From positions 18,752,001-18,816,000 of the forward strand of contig CP086569.2 in the NCBI GenBank assembly GCA_009914755.4: DNA of 64,000 nucleotides, read 5' to 3'. Both the position numbers and the translations under genes were made by a program. This document shows positions 1 through 13,885 of this stretch, one piece after another. The notes beneath the pieces were generated by a model that saw nothing but the letters and a program-made list of their open reading frames with translations, searched no databases and was not told the origin of the DNA. Every line of letters begins with the position of its first letter. The stretch's first letter is position 1. This DNA comes from the human T2T-CHM13v2.0 reference genome, Homo sapiens.

Positions 1-246
1 ATGACGTGATCTCGGCTCCGGTAACCTCAGCTTCCTGGATTCGTGCAATTCTCCTCTCTTAGCTTCCTGAGGATCTGGGATTACAGGACTCAGCCACCAC
101 TGCTGGCTAACTTTTGTATTTTTGGTAGAGAGCTTGTTTCACCATGTTGATCAGGATGATCTCAAACACCTGACTTAAGGACATCCACCTGGCTCTACCT
201 CCCAAAGTGCTGGGATTACAGGTATGAACCACCATGTCTGGCCATG
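1..246 (-). mobile_element. Alu SINE in antisense orientation, truncated by the window start; diverged (AluJ/S-like)
   Basis: Reads as the reverse complement of Alu consensus and ends ...ccaccatgtctggcc (rc of GGCCGGGCGCGGTGGCTCA...). Contains cctcccaaagtgctgggattacagg. Confidence 0.85.
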
Positions 247-774
247 CCAATTCTTTTATTTCTTTATGGAGACAACTGTAGGTTGAAAGCCATCTTTCCT
301 AATACTTGTCAGTGCCTCAAGATTGTTAGGATAAAAATAAAATTTCCAACCAAAGGATACTTGTTGGTATCCAGAGTTTTAAGAAAAGTTGAGAAATAAA
401 ATATCCAGCTTCTGGCTCCTTCCCAGTGAGCATGCTCAATGTCTGGGGAATCCTTGGAACCTGGAGGAAGGGTAGAGCTGGGGTAGGTGGGGATGATCTT
501 TGGAGCCACTGTCACTGTGGCAGCCACTGTTGCTCCTCAGGAAATGGCTTGGAGCCTCAGCCTTCAGAAGAAGTAACAAGGGCTCAGCAAGCAGTATTTT
601 GTGTGCCAGATTTTCCATCTTCGTATCTTTTTTGCTGCTGTACCTACTGAGGTCTCTATCATTAATTTGGTCATCTTATTTCTTTGTACATTTTAACTGA
701 AAGTCACTTCTCAGATGTGTTCCCTAAATTTTTCTCAGCCTACACCTTGTTTGTTTGATTCTCTTAACCTGAAC

Positions 775-1000
775 ATATTTTTTTTCTTCTTTTTGTTTTT
801 TTTTGCCTTTTTTGAGATGGAGTCACACGCTGTCACCCAGTCTGGGGTGCAAAGCCGTGATTTTGGCCCACTGCAAACTTTGTCTACTAGGTTGAAGGGA
901 TTCTTCTGCCTCAGTTTCCTGAGTAGCTTGGATTGCATGTGCCTGCCAACAAGCCCAACTTTTTTTTTTCTTTTGTATTTTTAATAGAGACAGTGTGGCA
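775..1000 (-). mobile_element. Partial Alu (3' half plus T-rich tail, antisense)
   Basis: A T-rich run is followed by gagatggagtcacacgctgtcacccag...ctcagtttcctgagtagctt and ends ...gtatttttaatagagacag. Confidence 0.7.
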
Positions 1001-1322
1001 GTCAGTTACTATGGGATGAAACAAAGGGGGTTGAATGCAGAAATGAAGACAAAGACAAAAAATATTTGTTTTAAAAGAGGGGTCAGGGGGCTCATTTCTT
1101 CTAGTCAGCAAAGGCCCTGAGCTTCTACAGGCCTTCATATTTATTAGGCAGAATCAACAGGGAGGAAAGGTAATTGTTGGTCAGCTGCTTGATTTATCAC
1201 AGGCTCACATAATTGCTTTCTTTGTACTACAGACTTCAGATGTTCCTATATATAACCACAAGAAATACTATGCTTGGGGCATGACTGCCCTCAGTATTCC
1301 TTCTGGCACCAGACGTGGTGTG

Positions 1323-1682
1323 TCAGGTTATGAAAATGCTGCTTTCATGAGAACAGTTTGCTCTCTGCTCATAGACCCTCCACTCATTATTGAGTTGGTC
1401 ACAACCCTTATTCTTTTGGCCTCCAACATCTCCATTTTGTTTTTGCATTAACTGAGTACAGGTGATTGCAGGCTGTGCAGCTCTCAATTGCTGTTTGGTG
1501 GTCCAGCTGCTTTTACTGACAATGAGCATAAAACAGAGACATAATAACATTACTCCGATAATCACAAAAAAGACATTGAGGTGATGTTTGGAGGAGGTCC
1601 AAGGGTTAAGGCTCTCTACACCTTGCTGGAATTCTGTGCAAGTTTTCAGACATGACTGAAATACTTGAGTATGCTTATTCAA
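1323..1682 (-). pseudogene. ERV env transmembrane-subunit C-terminal remnant (hydrophobic membrane span plus cytoplasmic tail)
   Basis: The ORF translates to ...FFVIIGVMLLCLCFMLIVSKSSWTTKQQLRAAQPA...KQNGDVGGQKNKGCDQ. This resembles the HERV-K env TM tail (membrane span, QQLRR motif, KRKGGNVGKSKRDQ-like tail). Confidence 0.45.
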
Positions 1683-1687
1683 GTTAA

Positions 1688-1745
1688 GAATTGCACATGT
1701 ACCCTAAAACTTAACGTATAATAAAAAAAAGAAAAAAAAAGAATT
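1688..1745 (+). mobile_element. Short L1 3'-terminal fragment with A-rich tail
   Basis: ttgcacatgtaccctaaaacttaacgtataataaaaaaaagaaaaaaaaag is the diagnostic L1 3' UTR end. Confidence 0.5.
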
Positions 1746-4027
1746 TTACTTTGTTAATCATTAATATCAAAAGTAACATTGTATGTGAAAGCCCCATGTA
1801 AATGGACCTTTACAAGGTTCTATGGATATTCACTTTGGTTTTATTCCAAATTAGTTACACAAATATGAGTATGCTTAAAATGACAATGCAATTGCTGCTG
1901 CAACTACAAGTTTGTTCTTGTTTTCCTAGCCACAGAACTGTAGTCTTTAACATTGCTGCTTCTGTGTGTATCTCAGTGTTAAGTTTATTTTTAAGCATCC
2001 ATGCCTGGTCGGCTGTACACATCCAATTTTCTACATATTGAGCTGTCTGAATGGAGCTCTACATCGCTACTAAGGATGACACAACAGAAATTATTAGTGT
2101 TCCTAAGGAGACTTTCACAATTATTTTCATGCCTAAGGCTCTACAAGCACAATGAGTAAGCTGAGTAAGAAAAAGATTTACAAAATGGAAAGCAGAGGTG
2201 GCCACCCAAGGCTCAGGCAGATTTACAGGAATCCATAATCTGGGATTGCAACCTAAAATTACTAGGGTGGATATGCTATATGTTTGTACTGTGCTATGGT
2301 TTAGGGAATAATACAGTTGACAAGAATCACAAGTCAACTGGGCATCGTTTAACTGGAGTTGGTCCATTTTGCTGCTAGAAAAACATAAGTTTAAAAACAC
2401 AAAATGTAAATTGAGTGGTAATATTTTCTACAGAGTTAACATTGCAACTGCATTCAGCACAATTACTATAATTAGATAGTGTTCGAAGACAAATGCTGCC
2501 ATTCATATAGTGGAGTGCTGCCTTCCCTATCGACTCTTGAATTGTACGTTTCTTTCCTTGATAATGTCATTGAGGCAAAGTTGGGCTAAAGCCTGTTCCA
2601 CGCCAAGAGAAACTTGCTGCAGATTGGGATTGAATCCCAGTGCAGTGTAGTGAAGGGATGCTAACCTGTGTCAGCGAAGTTTATGCCATGAGGTCGGAGT
2701 CTCATCTCTCCCATCTAAGTGACCACAGGGACCCAGAAAATAATGTCTCCCATTAGCATGAACTGTTCTCTAGCTAGGGTGCCAAGACACTGGGTCCAAT
2801 GAGGGGGGTAAGAATTATCAAAGGGAGCCCATTCTGTATAATTAATAGAATTTTGGGGATGGGGCTGGGAGTGGTTATTATCTACACCAGTAATGTTAAT
2901 AAAGCTAAGGCCTAATAGGTACATAATTTTTCCATGGTAACTTAACCATACTTGGGATTAATTTGCAAGGCCACTGCAGTTGAGTGATGTACCCTGGGTG
3001 ATGCATAAAGGAAGTCCCTCCAATGGCACAGCATAATTGATAATCATTGTTCTGAGAGTCTAATTACTGTTTGTCAGGGGGTGTTTGGGGTCCTGGTGCC
3101 CATCCTCCATGATCATGATAGATGTCAGGGGGAGTGTCACTCCATATTACACTCCATAATACTGGGGGATTGGGAATATATGTCCAATATGTTTTTGTCT
3201 CTGCACAAGGAAAACCTACTGGCCAGGATGTTACAGGTAGCATGGCCATAAACGTGAGGTCAGGGTTGTTTGCCTGACCCTGGTGCTCCAGCAATTTCAA
3301 CTGACTCATGGCTTGTAACAGAGGAGCCGGATCCACAGTTGGGATCCATGGCTCTTTCCACTCTCCCGTTACATGGTCACAAACACATTGAGGGCACCCA
3401 CACAGTTTATCCATCTCCTGTAAAAACACAAGCATACCCTTGTCCTTACATCAGTAAATCTACTGAGCCATTCCATCGTCCTTGGGGGGATTTTCATAAT
3501 ATCTTTGGGTATACTTTCCTTTTTCCCTATAACATTTACCAGTGTCATTCTGCCATAGTCTTACTATCTGTACCAGGAGACAAAAAATTTAAACGAAGTG
3601 AAAAAAAAATTAAAGTAAAAATAAATGTATTTTGTTTGAGGTGGTAACTGGTCTCCTGTTTCCCCTTTCTGTTTTTTTCAGCACGCGTTGTACTGTTCAA
3701 TTTGACTGCTCTTTAATTCCTTGTCCTTGGGGGTTGTAAGGAATTCCTGTTTTATGAGTGATTGACCATAGCTGTAATAAATTTTAAAAAGCATGACTAA
3801 CATAAGCGTGTCCATTGTCAGTTTTTAATTGCCTAGGAACCCCCATATGAGCACATGATGACAGACAATGTCATTGTAAATAACCAGCTGTTTGACCTGG
3901 TTTGCATGTAGCATGCCGCATGTGAGAATAAGTGTCTATAGTCCCATGAACAAAGGCGAGCTTGCCAATGACAGCTTTGTGAGTAACATCCATCTGTCAG
4001 ATTTCATTTGAAGCTAAGTCTCATGGG

Positions 4028-4447
4028 TTACAGCCTTCTATGGGTGTGACTCCAGTGACATGCTGGCAAGTAGGACAGGCTTGTACAGGCTGCAGCCTGG
4101 CTGTTAGGCAAATGAAACATACGAGTAAAGACAGAGTTTTGATGCAGTAATACAGGAGAAAGTTGAGCTTGTTGAAATGCAGAACAAATCAATTTATTGG
4201 CTCCATTATTACCTAGAAATAGTGGTGTAGGGAGTTGTGTGGGAGAGCAGATATGAGAGATATAAAAAGCAGCATGAGAGCAAACAGCTTGTTGAAGCCT
4301 TAGAAACAAGTTAAACATCTCTGGTTCTAGGGTGCTTTTAATAGTGGCAGTCCCAATATGACCGGCTACATTTACAACATAGGCTGAATCATAGAGAGTG
4401 TTAATAAGAGATGAACCAGTGAGCTCTAAAACCTGATTAAGTTCCAT
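4028..4447 (-). pseudogene. ERV pol RNase H-like remnant
   Basis: Contains the ...TGSSLINTLYDSAYVVNVAGHIGTATIKS motif, which is RNase H (YTDSRYAF-like). Confidence 0.45.
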
Positions 4448-5042
4448 TAGTTCTGAGCATTGAGCTGAAACTCTGGGTTTTTTTTTTTTTTATTGTAGGA
4501 GCATGCTTAGTACTATAAGTAGCTTTGCGAGCTTTGGAAGAGCCATCAGTAAAATAGGTCTGGCTGCCTGAAATGGGCTTGTGATGAGGAATCACAGGGA
4601 AGATGAAAGGTTGAGTTTTTAAAATTGCAAAATTTTGTCTGATGGATAAAGTTTATGTATTATTCCTACATAATCTGAAAGAGCAATTTGACACACAGTC
4701 AACAATTCCCATGATGCAACTGTTGTTGGGAATCCAATATTTTTCCTCATACTTTTAGACTGGCTCTAAAAGGAGAACAGTAATTTTGTCTGGATCATAT
4801 CTCTTAAGCATTTTTGATCTACCCCTACCCCTTGTTATAAATTGAGTAGTTAAAGAAAGATAAACTTGCAGAGATTTTACTCTCTGATTGAATTTCAAAA
4901 AAAGCCATTCTATCACAATTGCATATTTTTCTATGATCTGTCCTAAAAGTCCTTTTGGAGAATGGCGGGGTAGAAAGAACAAAGAGAACCAAAGGCTTTT
5001 GTGGCTGTGGCTGGGAGGCATGTGTTTGCTGAAGAATCTGCA

Positions 5043-5445
5043 CTACAAGGTGTAACTCAGCTTCAGCCTCCTTAGTAAGTTGCTGGAGCAACGGGTTTGT
5101 CTCCTAAGCCCATTACTCCTAGTGAAGAATCTCCATGGATGATCTGAGTGTTTGAGTTGATGAGTAGCAATACCTAGGATTGGGCACAGCCAATTTATGT
5201 CTCCTAATAGTTGTTGGAAATCACTGAAGGTTTGTGATCTGTCCCTACAGAGGACTACTTTCTGAGGTCGAATATTTGTTTCAGTAACAATAGTGCCTAA
5301 GTATTGGTATGGGGAGGTTGTTTCTACCTTTTGTTGAACTATTTTGAGATGTCCCCCTGTTTTGCTTCTCTCAATATTTGGTGTAATCACTCTTCCATTG
5401 GAGCAGCCAAAAGGATTTCATCCATATAATGAATGATGTAGGCAG
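5043..5445 (-). pseudogene. ERV pol reverse-transcriptase remnant
   Basis: QYLGTIV...FSDFQQLLGDINWLCPILG matches the HERV-K RT thumb/connection (YLG...LNDFQKLLGNINWIRP). The rc of 5408-5440 encodes HYMDEILLAAP, the RT active-site box. Confidence 0.55.
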
Positions 5446-5785
5446 TAGGAAATATATTACGAGGCTCCTTTAAGGACTGTCCTACAAAACGCTGAAATAG
5501 TGTAGGACCGATGAGCATGCTTTGGGGCAAAACTTCGCTTATCCTTCTCATGTAAGGGTGTGGTAAGGAAATAATCTTTAAGATCTACTACTATGAGAGG
5601 TGAGTCACTTGGAATGGCTGCCAGTAATGGCAGACCTTGCTGTAATGCACCTATTGGTTTAATCTGTGCATTAATAGCTCTCAGATCACGTAGAAATTTG
5701 TGGGCAAAATGGTCTGTTTTTATATACTAAAATTTGCTGAAACTTTACACTTGTGTTCATGCTACTTAATATTTTAAATTGTCTG

Positions 5786-6503
5786 TGTGTGTATGTACAT
5801 ACACATATATATACACATACACATATATGATATGTGTATATATACATACATCTATATACACATACACATATATGATATGTGTATATATACGTACATCTAT
5901 ATACACATACCAGCGTGTATAGGTATACATACATAAACTCTGGGTATTATATGTGTTTGTATTACATTCATATATATATATACACACATTCATATGTATA
6001 TGTGTGTATATATCTACATATACATGTTTGTGTGTATACATATACATATATGTATATGTGTGTATATATGTATAGTTGTGTGTATATACACATATACACA
6101 TATGCACACACGTATGTGTGTGTATATCTGTATGTAATAACATATATGTAATACCCAGAGTTTATGTATGTATATCTATACACTCTGGTATGTGTATATA
6201 CATGGTACTTGTATACGTATGTATATACATATACACATACACACACATATGTATGCGTATATATTACACATGTGCATATATATACAAACATACACACACA
6301 GATATGTGTGTATATGTAAGTATATATGTATTCTCTGTTTATATGTGTATGTATATATACGCATACACACATATGTGTATATATTACATACACATACATA
6401 TATACACATATGTGTGTGTATATATGTGTGTATATGTGTGTATATGTGTGTATATGTGTAATTCCTAATTACGTGTGTGTGTGTGTGTATATATATGTAT
6501 GTA

Positions 6504-6549
<46 letters not shown>
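5786..6549. repeat. Compound microsatellite (TG)n/(TA)n/(TGTATATA)n of ~760 bp, ending in a pure (TA)~25 run
   Basis: Visible directly in the sequence. All long ORFs here (Y/C/V/I/H-rich 'proteins') are repeat artefacts. Confidence 0.95.
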
Positions 6550-6551
<2 letters not shown>

Positions 6552-6559
6552 AAATTCCA

Positions 6560-8895
6560 TCTTTGTCTCCTGAGTCCATTCAACCCAAAAACTTCCAGGT
6601 ACATGGGGGAAGCCTAAGAAAGATTATGCGGTAGTTACAGTGAAGCAACAGTCTTTAATAGAGTTTGAGTCTTTATATTATCCCTGTTTTCCCATACTAT
6701 GGTCCTAGCAAAACATTGACATCCTCATAAATAAGACGGATTGACTTTGAAACTTAACATTCTCTTCTTATTTAGATATTAATGTAGCTGGATGCAGAAC
6801 GGTTGCCTCAAAAATAAAAAAAAAAAGATTCCATTCCTTTCCTTCTTTTATAAAAACATCAGCAATGAGGTTGTAATTTGTCAAGGGCAGCTTCTTTTTG
6901 ACTGTTGAAAGTGGAGATTTTCTGCTTAGAGATGGGACATAGAGTCTTATAATTGTCATTGAGACATTGCAGGGGGAGAAAGTTGGAAACCAGACATTTT
7001 AGGCAAAGGGCTGACAAGACTCTATATAGAGAAAAATCCTATCTTAACAAGTGGCACTGTAGGATCTGAAATATTAGATGAAAACTCTGATTACAAACAC
7101 TTTTCTGTCAAAAGTTAGAAAAGAAGGGTTAGGGCTTGATAAACGTTCCCTACACTATGCCTCTTAGATTAATAGGACAGTGAAAAAGGAGAAGAAAAAA
7201 ATGCAGAAGAAAGTATTCCCTCGGGGTAAGAAAACTTCTTTTACAGTGTTCTAAATGTCTATCGCTGGTTCCCAAAAAGGTTTTTACCAAGTTAAAAGTT
7301 AGACTAAAAACTCGAATTTCGTTTGTTTCCAAGACACCACCAAAACAGCAACATTTGAATAATATTCCTGATTACTAAATCACCAACTGAATTCACCCAA
7401 TAAGAATATATTTCCTGGTTGCAACATTGCATAAAAAGAAGAAAATAAGAGACATGATTGCCATAAACGGAAAGGCAAGAAAATAAAATAGAAAATTCTG
7501 GAATTCCTGGTGCCATCACCCTGATGGACTGTCATTGACTGGCCTTAGTTCAGAAGGCTTTAGATAACACTGAGCTGTAGCCTTGGCCAGAAACTTTCAA
7601 TTGTCTCAAGACCGATTGTAAGTCTCTGCATGCATAAGCTGCTTTGTGAAGGAAAGTGAGTTGGAACAGAGCCAAAGTTTTCATCAACTGAGGATGTTGG
7701 GGGATTGTCAAAGTTCTCTCTATCTGGCCTGTCACCTGAGTCTTATAAGGCTGGAAGTCATCTTTTTGATTTGAACTGGCTGACACTGGCTCAGTGTTGT
7801 TTGCTTGTGAGTACAAACAGGAAAAATAAACTTAGGACAAAATCCTCAGAAATAAAAGTAAAGCAAAGAATTTGAAGAAGTGCTCCTATACTCCTACTGA
7901 GTATTGTAATATATTGCTTTCTCAGAACATGTAGCAAATATATATAAATTGAAAATGGGGCTTTGGTTTGTCTTCCACTTTTTTTTTTGGACTGGTTTTC
8001 TTCTTTGCCTGGCTATGTTAAACATGCTATTTGTCTCTGAATCTCTCTGTTCCCTGTGTGGCTTCCTGTTGCTCAGCAGTACTTAAGATTTGCCTTAGGA
8101 GTGACATAACATGTGAGCATGCAAAATAAAAATTCGGGAACGATTTTGGAAAGCCTCTCTCTATTCATCCGGGTTATCATAATACTTTTCTAGGTCCCAG
8201 TCTATCTGTTTTAAGTCTTGTAATAAAAAGAGAATCAGGAATTTAGAGGCAACATGTTTTTTGGTCATTTTCTTTAGGGTTAGTGGTTTAATGGAAGGTC
8301 GGTTGGGAGAACTGAAGAATCTGAGGATGATAAAGTGACTACAGGAGTCCCTTGTCGGGGGACACAAGAAAAGGTGGAACATCTCGAAGTTTCTTCTGAG
8401 GGTTGCCTGGGGATTTGTTTCTCTGATGTTTTAGAATTGTTCACTATAGACAAGTCTGATGTGCTAAGAAGGCATGGTCAACATTACAATGTTTACAAAT
8501 ATCTGGGTTGTTTGCGGGACAAAGAAATCTGACATATATGGCACCTCAGACAATTTGCCTTCTCAGTTGCAGAAAATATCTAGATGTTGGATAGTATTGA
8601 GAGAAAAAAGTTAAGTAGATAGGATGGATTCTTGCTACAACTACTTTAAGCAAAGAGACAGACTGAAATACCAGGCTTCATGCAGATTAAAAAAAAAAAA
8701 AATCCTGCACAAACCTGCAGTCCACTCATATAAAGGAACATAGCCTTATAAATAAACTCTTTTGTAATTATTTTTTTGGCCTAAAACATGCCTACAGATA
8801 ATCTGATAAAAGAAGAAGAATAGTATGCATAAAAACGCTTCTCTTCCAGAAAATAGTCTCTATTTCTTTTACCCAGTGGTCTTCAGTGTGTTCCG
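6560..8895 (-). repeat. Left arm of a large inverted repeat; one copy of a dispersed LTR-retroelement-internal-like family with a gag-like ORF remnant at 8161-8382
   Basis: 6560-7800 aligns directly to 28000-29330. 7560-8895 aligns as a reverse complement to 9455-11340 (~85-90% over the central kb). ORF MFHLFLCPPTRDSCSHFIIL... (8161-8382, minus) mirrors MFQLLLCPPSTDSSSHFIIL... (9965-10153, plus). Confidence 0.55.
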
Positions 8896-9220
8896 ATGCA
8901 CACTTTTGCAGTCATGTGGGCATGCCACTGTACATATCAGTCTGCTACTTTGAAGTATCATCAGACTTTCTTTTTCTTCACTGTAATGAAGTCAGATTGA
9001 TTACTTAACAGGGAAAAAAATGACTGTTCACAGCACATATAGGAGACAGATGTGTTTCTCACTATAAGGCAGGTTCTGATGTTTTTATGAATTAAGAAAA
9101 GAGTGTGCTCACTAGTCTTGAAAAAGTACTAGTTGGCTTGACTCAGAAACTTGACCCAGGACTGAAAAGTAGCTGAAGTAAAAATTTGTAGTGGCTCAGC
9201 TCACAGTAGAAAGCATATCC

Positions 9221-9445
9221 AGAAAGAAGAAGAAGAAGAAGGAGAAGGAGAAGGAGAAGGAGAAGGAGAAGGAGAAGAAGAAGGAGGAGGAGGAGAAGAA
9301 GAAGAAGAAGAAGGAGGAAGAAGAAGAAGAAGAAGGAGAGAAGAAGGAAGAAGAAGAAGATGAAGAAAGAAGAAGAAGAAGAAGAAGAAGAAGAAGAAGA
9401 AGAAGAAGAAGAAGAAGAAGAAGAAGAAGAAGAAGAAGAAGAAAA
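9221..9445. repeat. (GAA)n/(GAAGGA)n purine-pyrimidine tract of ~225 bp; pure (GAA)~25 at 9368-9443
   Basis: Visible directly. The poly-E/K/R and poly-S/L/F ORFs here are artefacts. Confidence 0.95.
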
Positions 9446-9454
9446 GTGCCCACT

Positions 9455-11339
<1,885 letters not shown>

Positions 11340-11340
<1 letters not shown>

Positions 11341-11780
11341 TTACAGGGCCCGATTTTAGATAATCAAGTAAGACTTATGCATCCCAGGGCTCAATTCAGG
11401 CTTCAATTGTAGTCTCACCAATTCACCACATGTAGCAAATTCTCACTGTGTGACATCACAAAGAGTTATTTATCTGGGGTCCAAAAACTTGAGGAACGTG
11501 CACACAAAGTGAAGTTAGCACTGAAGTTTAAGAAGGAAATTAAAATGGCTCTCCACGGTGGAAACCCAATTTGGTTGTCCAGTGTCACCCTGGTGTTTGG
11601 GGTCCTCATGTACTGGGAGATGGAAGAATGTGATGATTGATCTCGGAAAAAGCATTACTCAGCTTGGCTTTGGACTTTTGCTTGGGACAAAACAAGTGCT
11701 GATGTGAAAGCTTGGCTCACGACCTCTACCCATGACTAATCAGAGGCTGATGTGATGATTCATACCACTTCAGGTTATAT
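11340..11780. repeat. LTR-like repeat segment with 'cttggc...gctgatgtga' subrepeats, homologous to 36110-36640
   Basis: gcatcccagggctcaattcaggcttcaattgtagtctcacc... parallels gcgtcccagagctcaattcccagacttcaatcattgcagtctcatt... at 36120. Confidence 0.35.
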
Positions 11781-12989
11781 TCCAAAGCATGTCCAGAAAA
11801 GTGCCCACTAAAATTTATTGTCGCCCACCGTGTACTTTCCTCACCGAAAAAAAAGCCACTAATTTTGGAAGTCCATTGCTTATACAAAAGACAAGGGTGT
11901 TTTCTTGTTGTTCTTGTTTTTCAATCAGTCTCTTTGTGAGCATATATTTGTGCACAAAGAACAAAGTTCTGTCTATGTCGGACTGCGTTTCTTCATGTGA
12001 GTGGGCTGAAGGTTTGTGTGAGTTTACTAATATGTGTCTGTAGCCTATTTTTCAGTAAGCTGGATCTTTGTTCCTAGAAGTTATACCAAGGGCCCCCCCA
12101 ACTACCTAACTTTTCTCTGCTGTTAGGGAGAGACCAACCCTACTACCTAACTAACTGCTGTTAGACAGAATTGATCTTTCTAGCTACCTCCTGCTAGGGA
12201 GAGGGGTTGTGCAATGAAACGCAACAGCTGGAGCTCTGCCTGAGGTCAGGATAAGGTTTCACAGAAACACGGTGTTTTCATAAGTGGTTTCATTTCCAGT
12301 ACCATTTGGAATTTGATTTCCTCTATGTAAGAAGAAAAAAATTGGGTTATAAAAATATGTGTTTTAAAATGAGATGAGCTGAGGCAATAAACAGCTTAAA
12401 AATTCTGAGGCTGCTGACATGCCCCGAAAACTGAGGGCTATAATTATGCCAGAGAATTGTAGATGTATAGGGCTTGGCTTTGCTTAGCGTCCTTAGTCTT
12501 ATCCCCACAAAGACAAACACCCCTTAACTATGAGTCCACACTTTACTTTCATTACCCGGCACGATTTGTAGAATAATTGCCCAGAAGAAAATATTGTTAC
12601 ATACTTTAAAATGTTAACCTTTTTTATGTTTTCTACTCAGCTGTAGCTGGAGATTTCTGACTGGCTCACAGAAATTAACAGGGCTAGTTTAAACTACAGG
12701 CAAATTCTAAAGACAACTAATGAGACTAGAAGACAATGGCCAATGTAAGATTTGAAACAAATTTTTCTATTTTCCTTGTTCATTTCTGTAAAAAACAAAT
12801 ATAATAGGCCTGGGTTGACAGCAAAATGGTCTATAATTTGATAGTTAAAATAACTATTGGCATAAACTGTGGGCCAAATAATTGCTCTTAAATAGGCTTT
12901 GTACACTGGTTTTGATGAAATTTTCTTCATGAGGAACCTCTGATAAAACCTCTTAAAACCAAGCACAACCATGGGTTTTACTTCCAAAT

Positions 12990-13885
12990 ACTGATGTGTT
13001 GCAGGAAATTAGGGACCCCAAGCAGAGGGACCTGCTGAAGCTGTGGTAGAAGAACATAAATTGTGAGGATTTCATGGACATTCACTAGTTCCCCAGATTA
13101 ATACTCTCATAATTTCCTATGCCTGTCTTTACTTTGATCTCTTAATCCCATCGTCTTCGTAAGCTGAGGATGTATGTCACCTCAGGACCCTGTGATGATT
13201 GTGTTAACTGCACAAATTGTTTGTAAAGCATGTGTGTTTGAACAATATGAAATCTGGGCACTTTGAAAAAGGAACAGGATAACAGTGATGTTCAGGGAAC
13301 ATTGGAGATAACCATTAGGTCTGACTGATTGGGAGCTGGGCAGGACAGAACCATATTTGTCTTATTGCCAAAAACAGGTAAGATAAATATCACTGAATTC
13401 TTTCCCCAGTAAGGAATATTAGTAATTAACAGCCCTGGTAAAAGAACGCATTCCCAGGAGGCGGCCTCTAAAATGGCCGCTCTAGGGGTGTCTGCCTTAT
13501 GCAGTTGCAGGTAAGGGATGAAACACACCCTGGCCTCCTGCAGCAAGCCCAGGATTGCTAGGATTAGGAAATTCCAGCCTGCTGAATTCTAGGAAGATCA
13601 GTTCTCTGCTCTGGAACCCTGTTAAGATGTTTATCATGACAATGCATGCACAGCAGGACATGGAACTTCATTAGCAATTCTAGGTTCACCCTGTTGTTGT
13701 GATTTTGCCGTGACCTTCTGCCTTGTGATCTTTCATTGCCCTCTGAAGCATGTGCTCTCTGTCTCCCACACCCTATTTGTACACTCCCTCCCCTTTGAAA
13801 ATTGCTAATAAAACTTGCTGGTTTTTGGCTTAGGGGGCATCACGGAACCTGCTGACATGTGATGTCTCTGCCAGACACACCGCTT
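12990..13885 (+). mobile_element. Solo-LTR-like element (~0.9 kb) with an AATAAA polyadenylation signal near 13809
   Basis: Starts tgttgcagg..., has an internal CCAAT/TATA-like region, then ...aattgctaataaaacttgctggtttttggc, and ends ...acacaccgc. No adjacent internal ERV sequence is present. Family not identified. Confidence 0.4.

Larger units (their letters stand above)
1323..5750 (-). mobile_element. HERV-K-superfamily (class II, betaretrovirus-like) endogenous retrovirus internal fragment running env -> pol on the minus strand; ORFs broken
   Basis: Minus-strand ORF fragments are in retroviral order: env TM C-terminus with membrane span and tail (1323-1682), Cys-rich env (3064-3435), RNase H-like (4028-4447, LYDSAYVVNVAGHIGTATI), and RT (5043-5445, LLGDINWL and HYMDEILLAAP = YMDD box). 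The element ends abruptly at the TG/TA microsatellite. Confidence 0.6.

Noticed and set aside
1003-1320. Candidate 3' LTR of the HERV-K-like element (begins tgtgg... next to the Alu)
   Set aside because: I could not find convincing LTR hallmarks (TG...CA ends with a matching partner, polyadenylation signal) or a second LTR copy. It is left unannotated.
5686-6634. Many overlapping 80-143-aa ORFs on both strands encoding Y/C/V/I/H/T-rich 'proteins'
   Set aside because: They are pure translation artefacts of the (TG)n/(TA)n microsatellite, with no start context and no complexity.
12060-12230. Three ~45-bp tandem units (ctacctaac...gctgttagggagag) as an independent feature
   Set aside because: Real but short. 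It appears to be a fragment of the same minisatellite family as 60381-60850, so it is mentioned under that feature rather than called separately.
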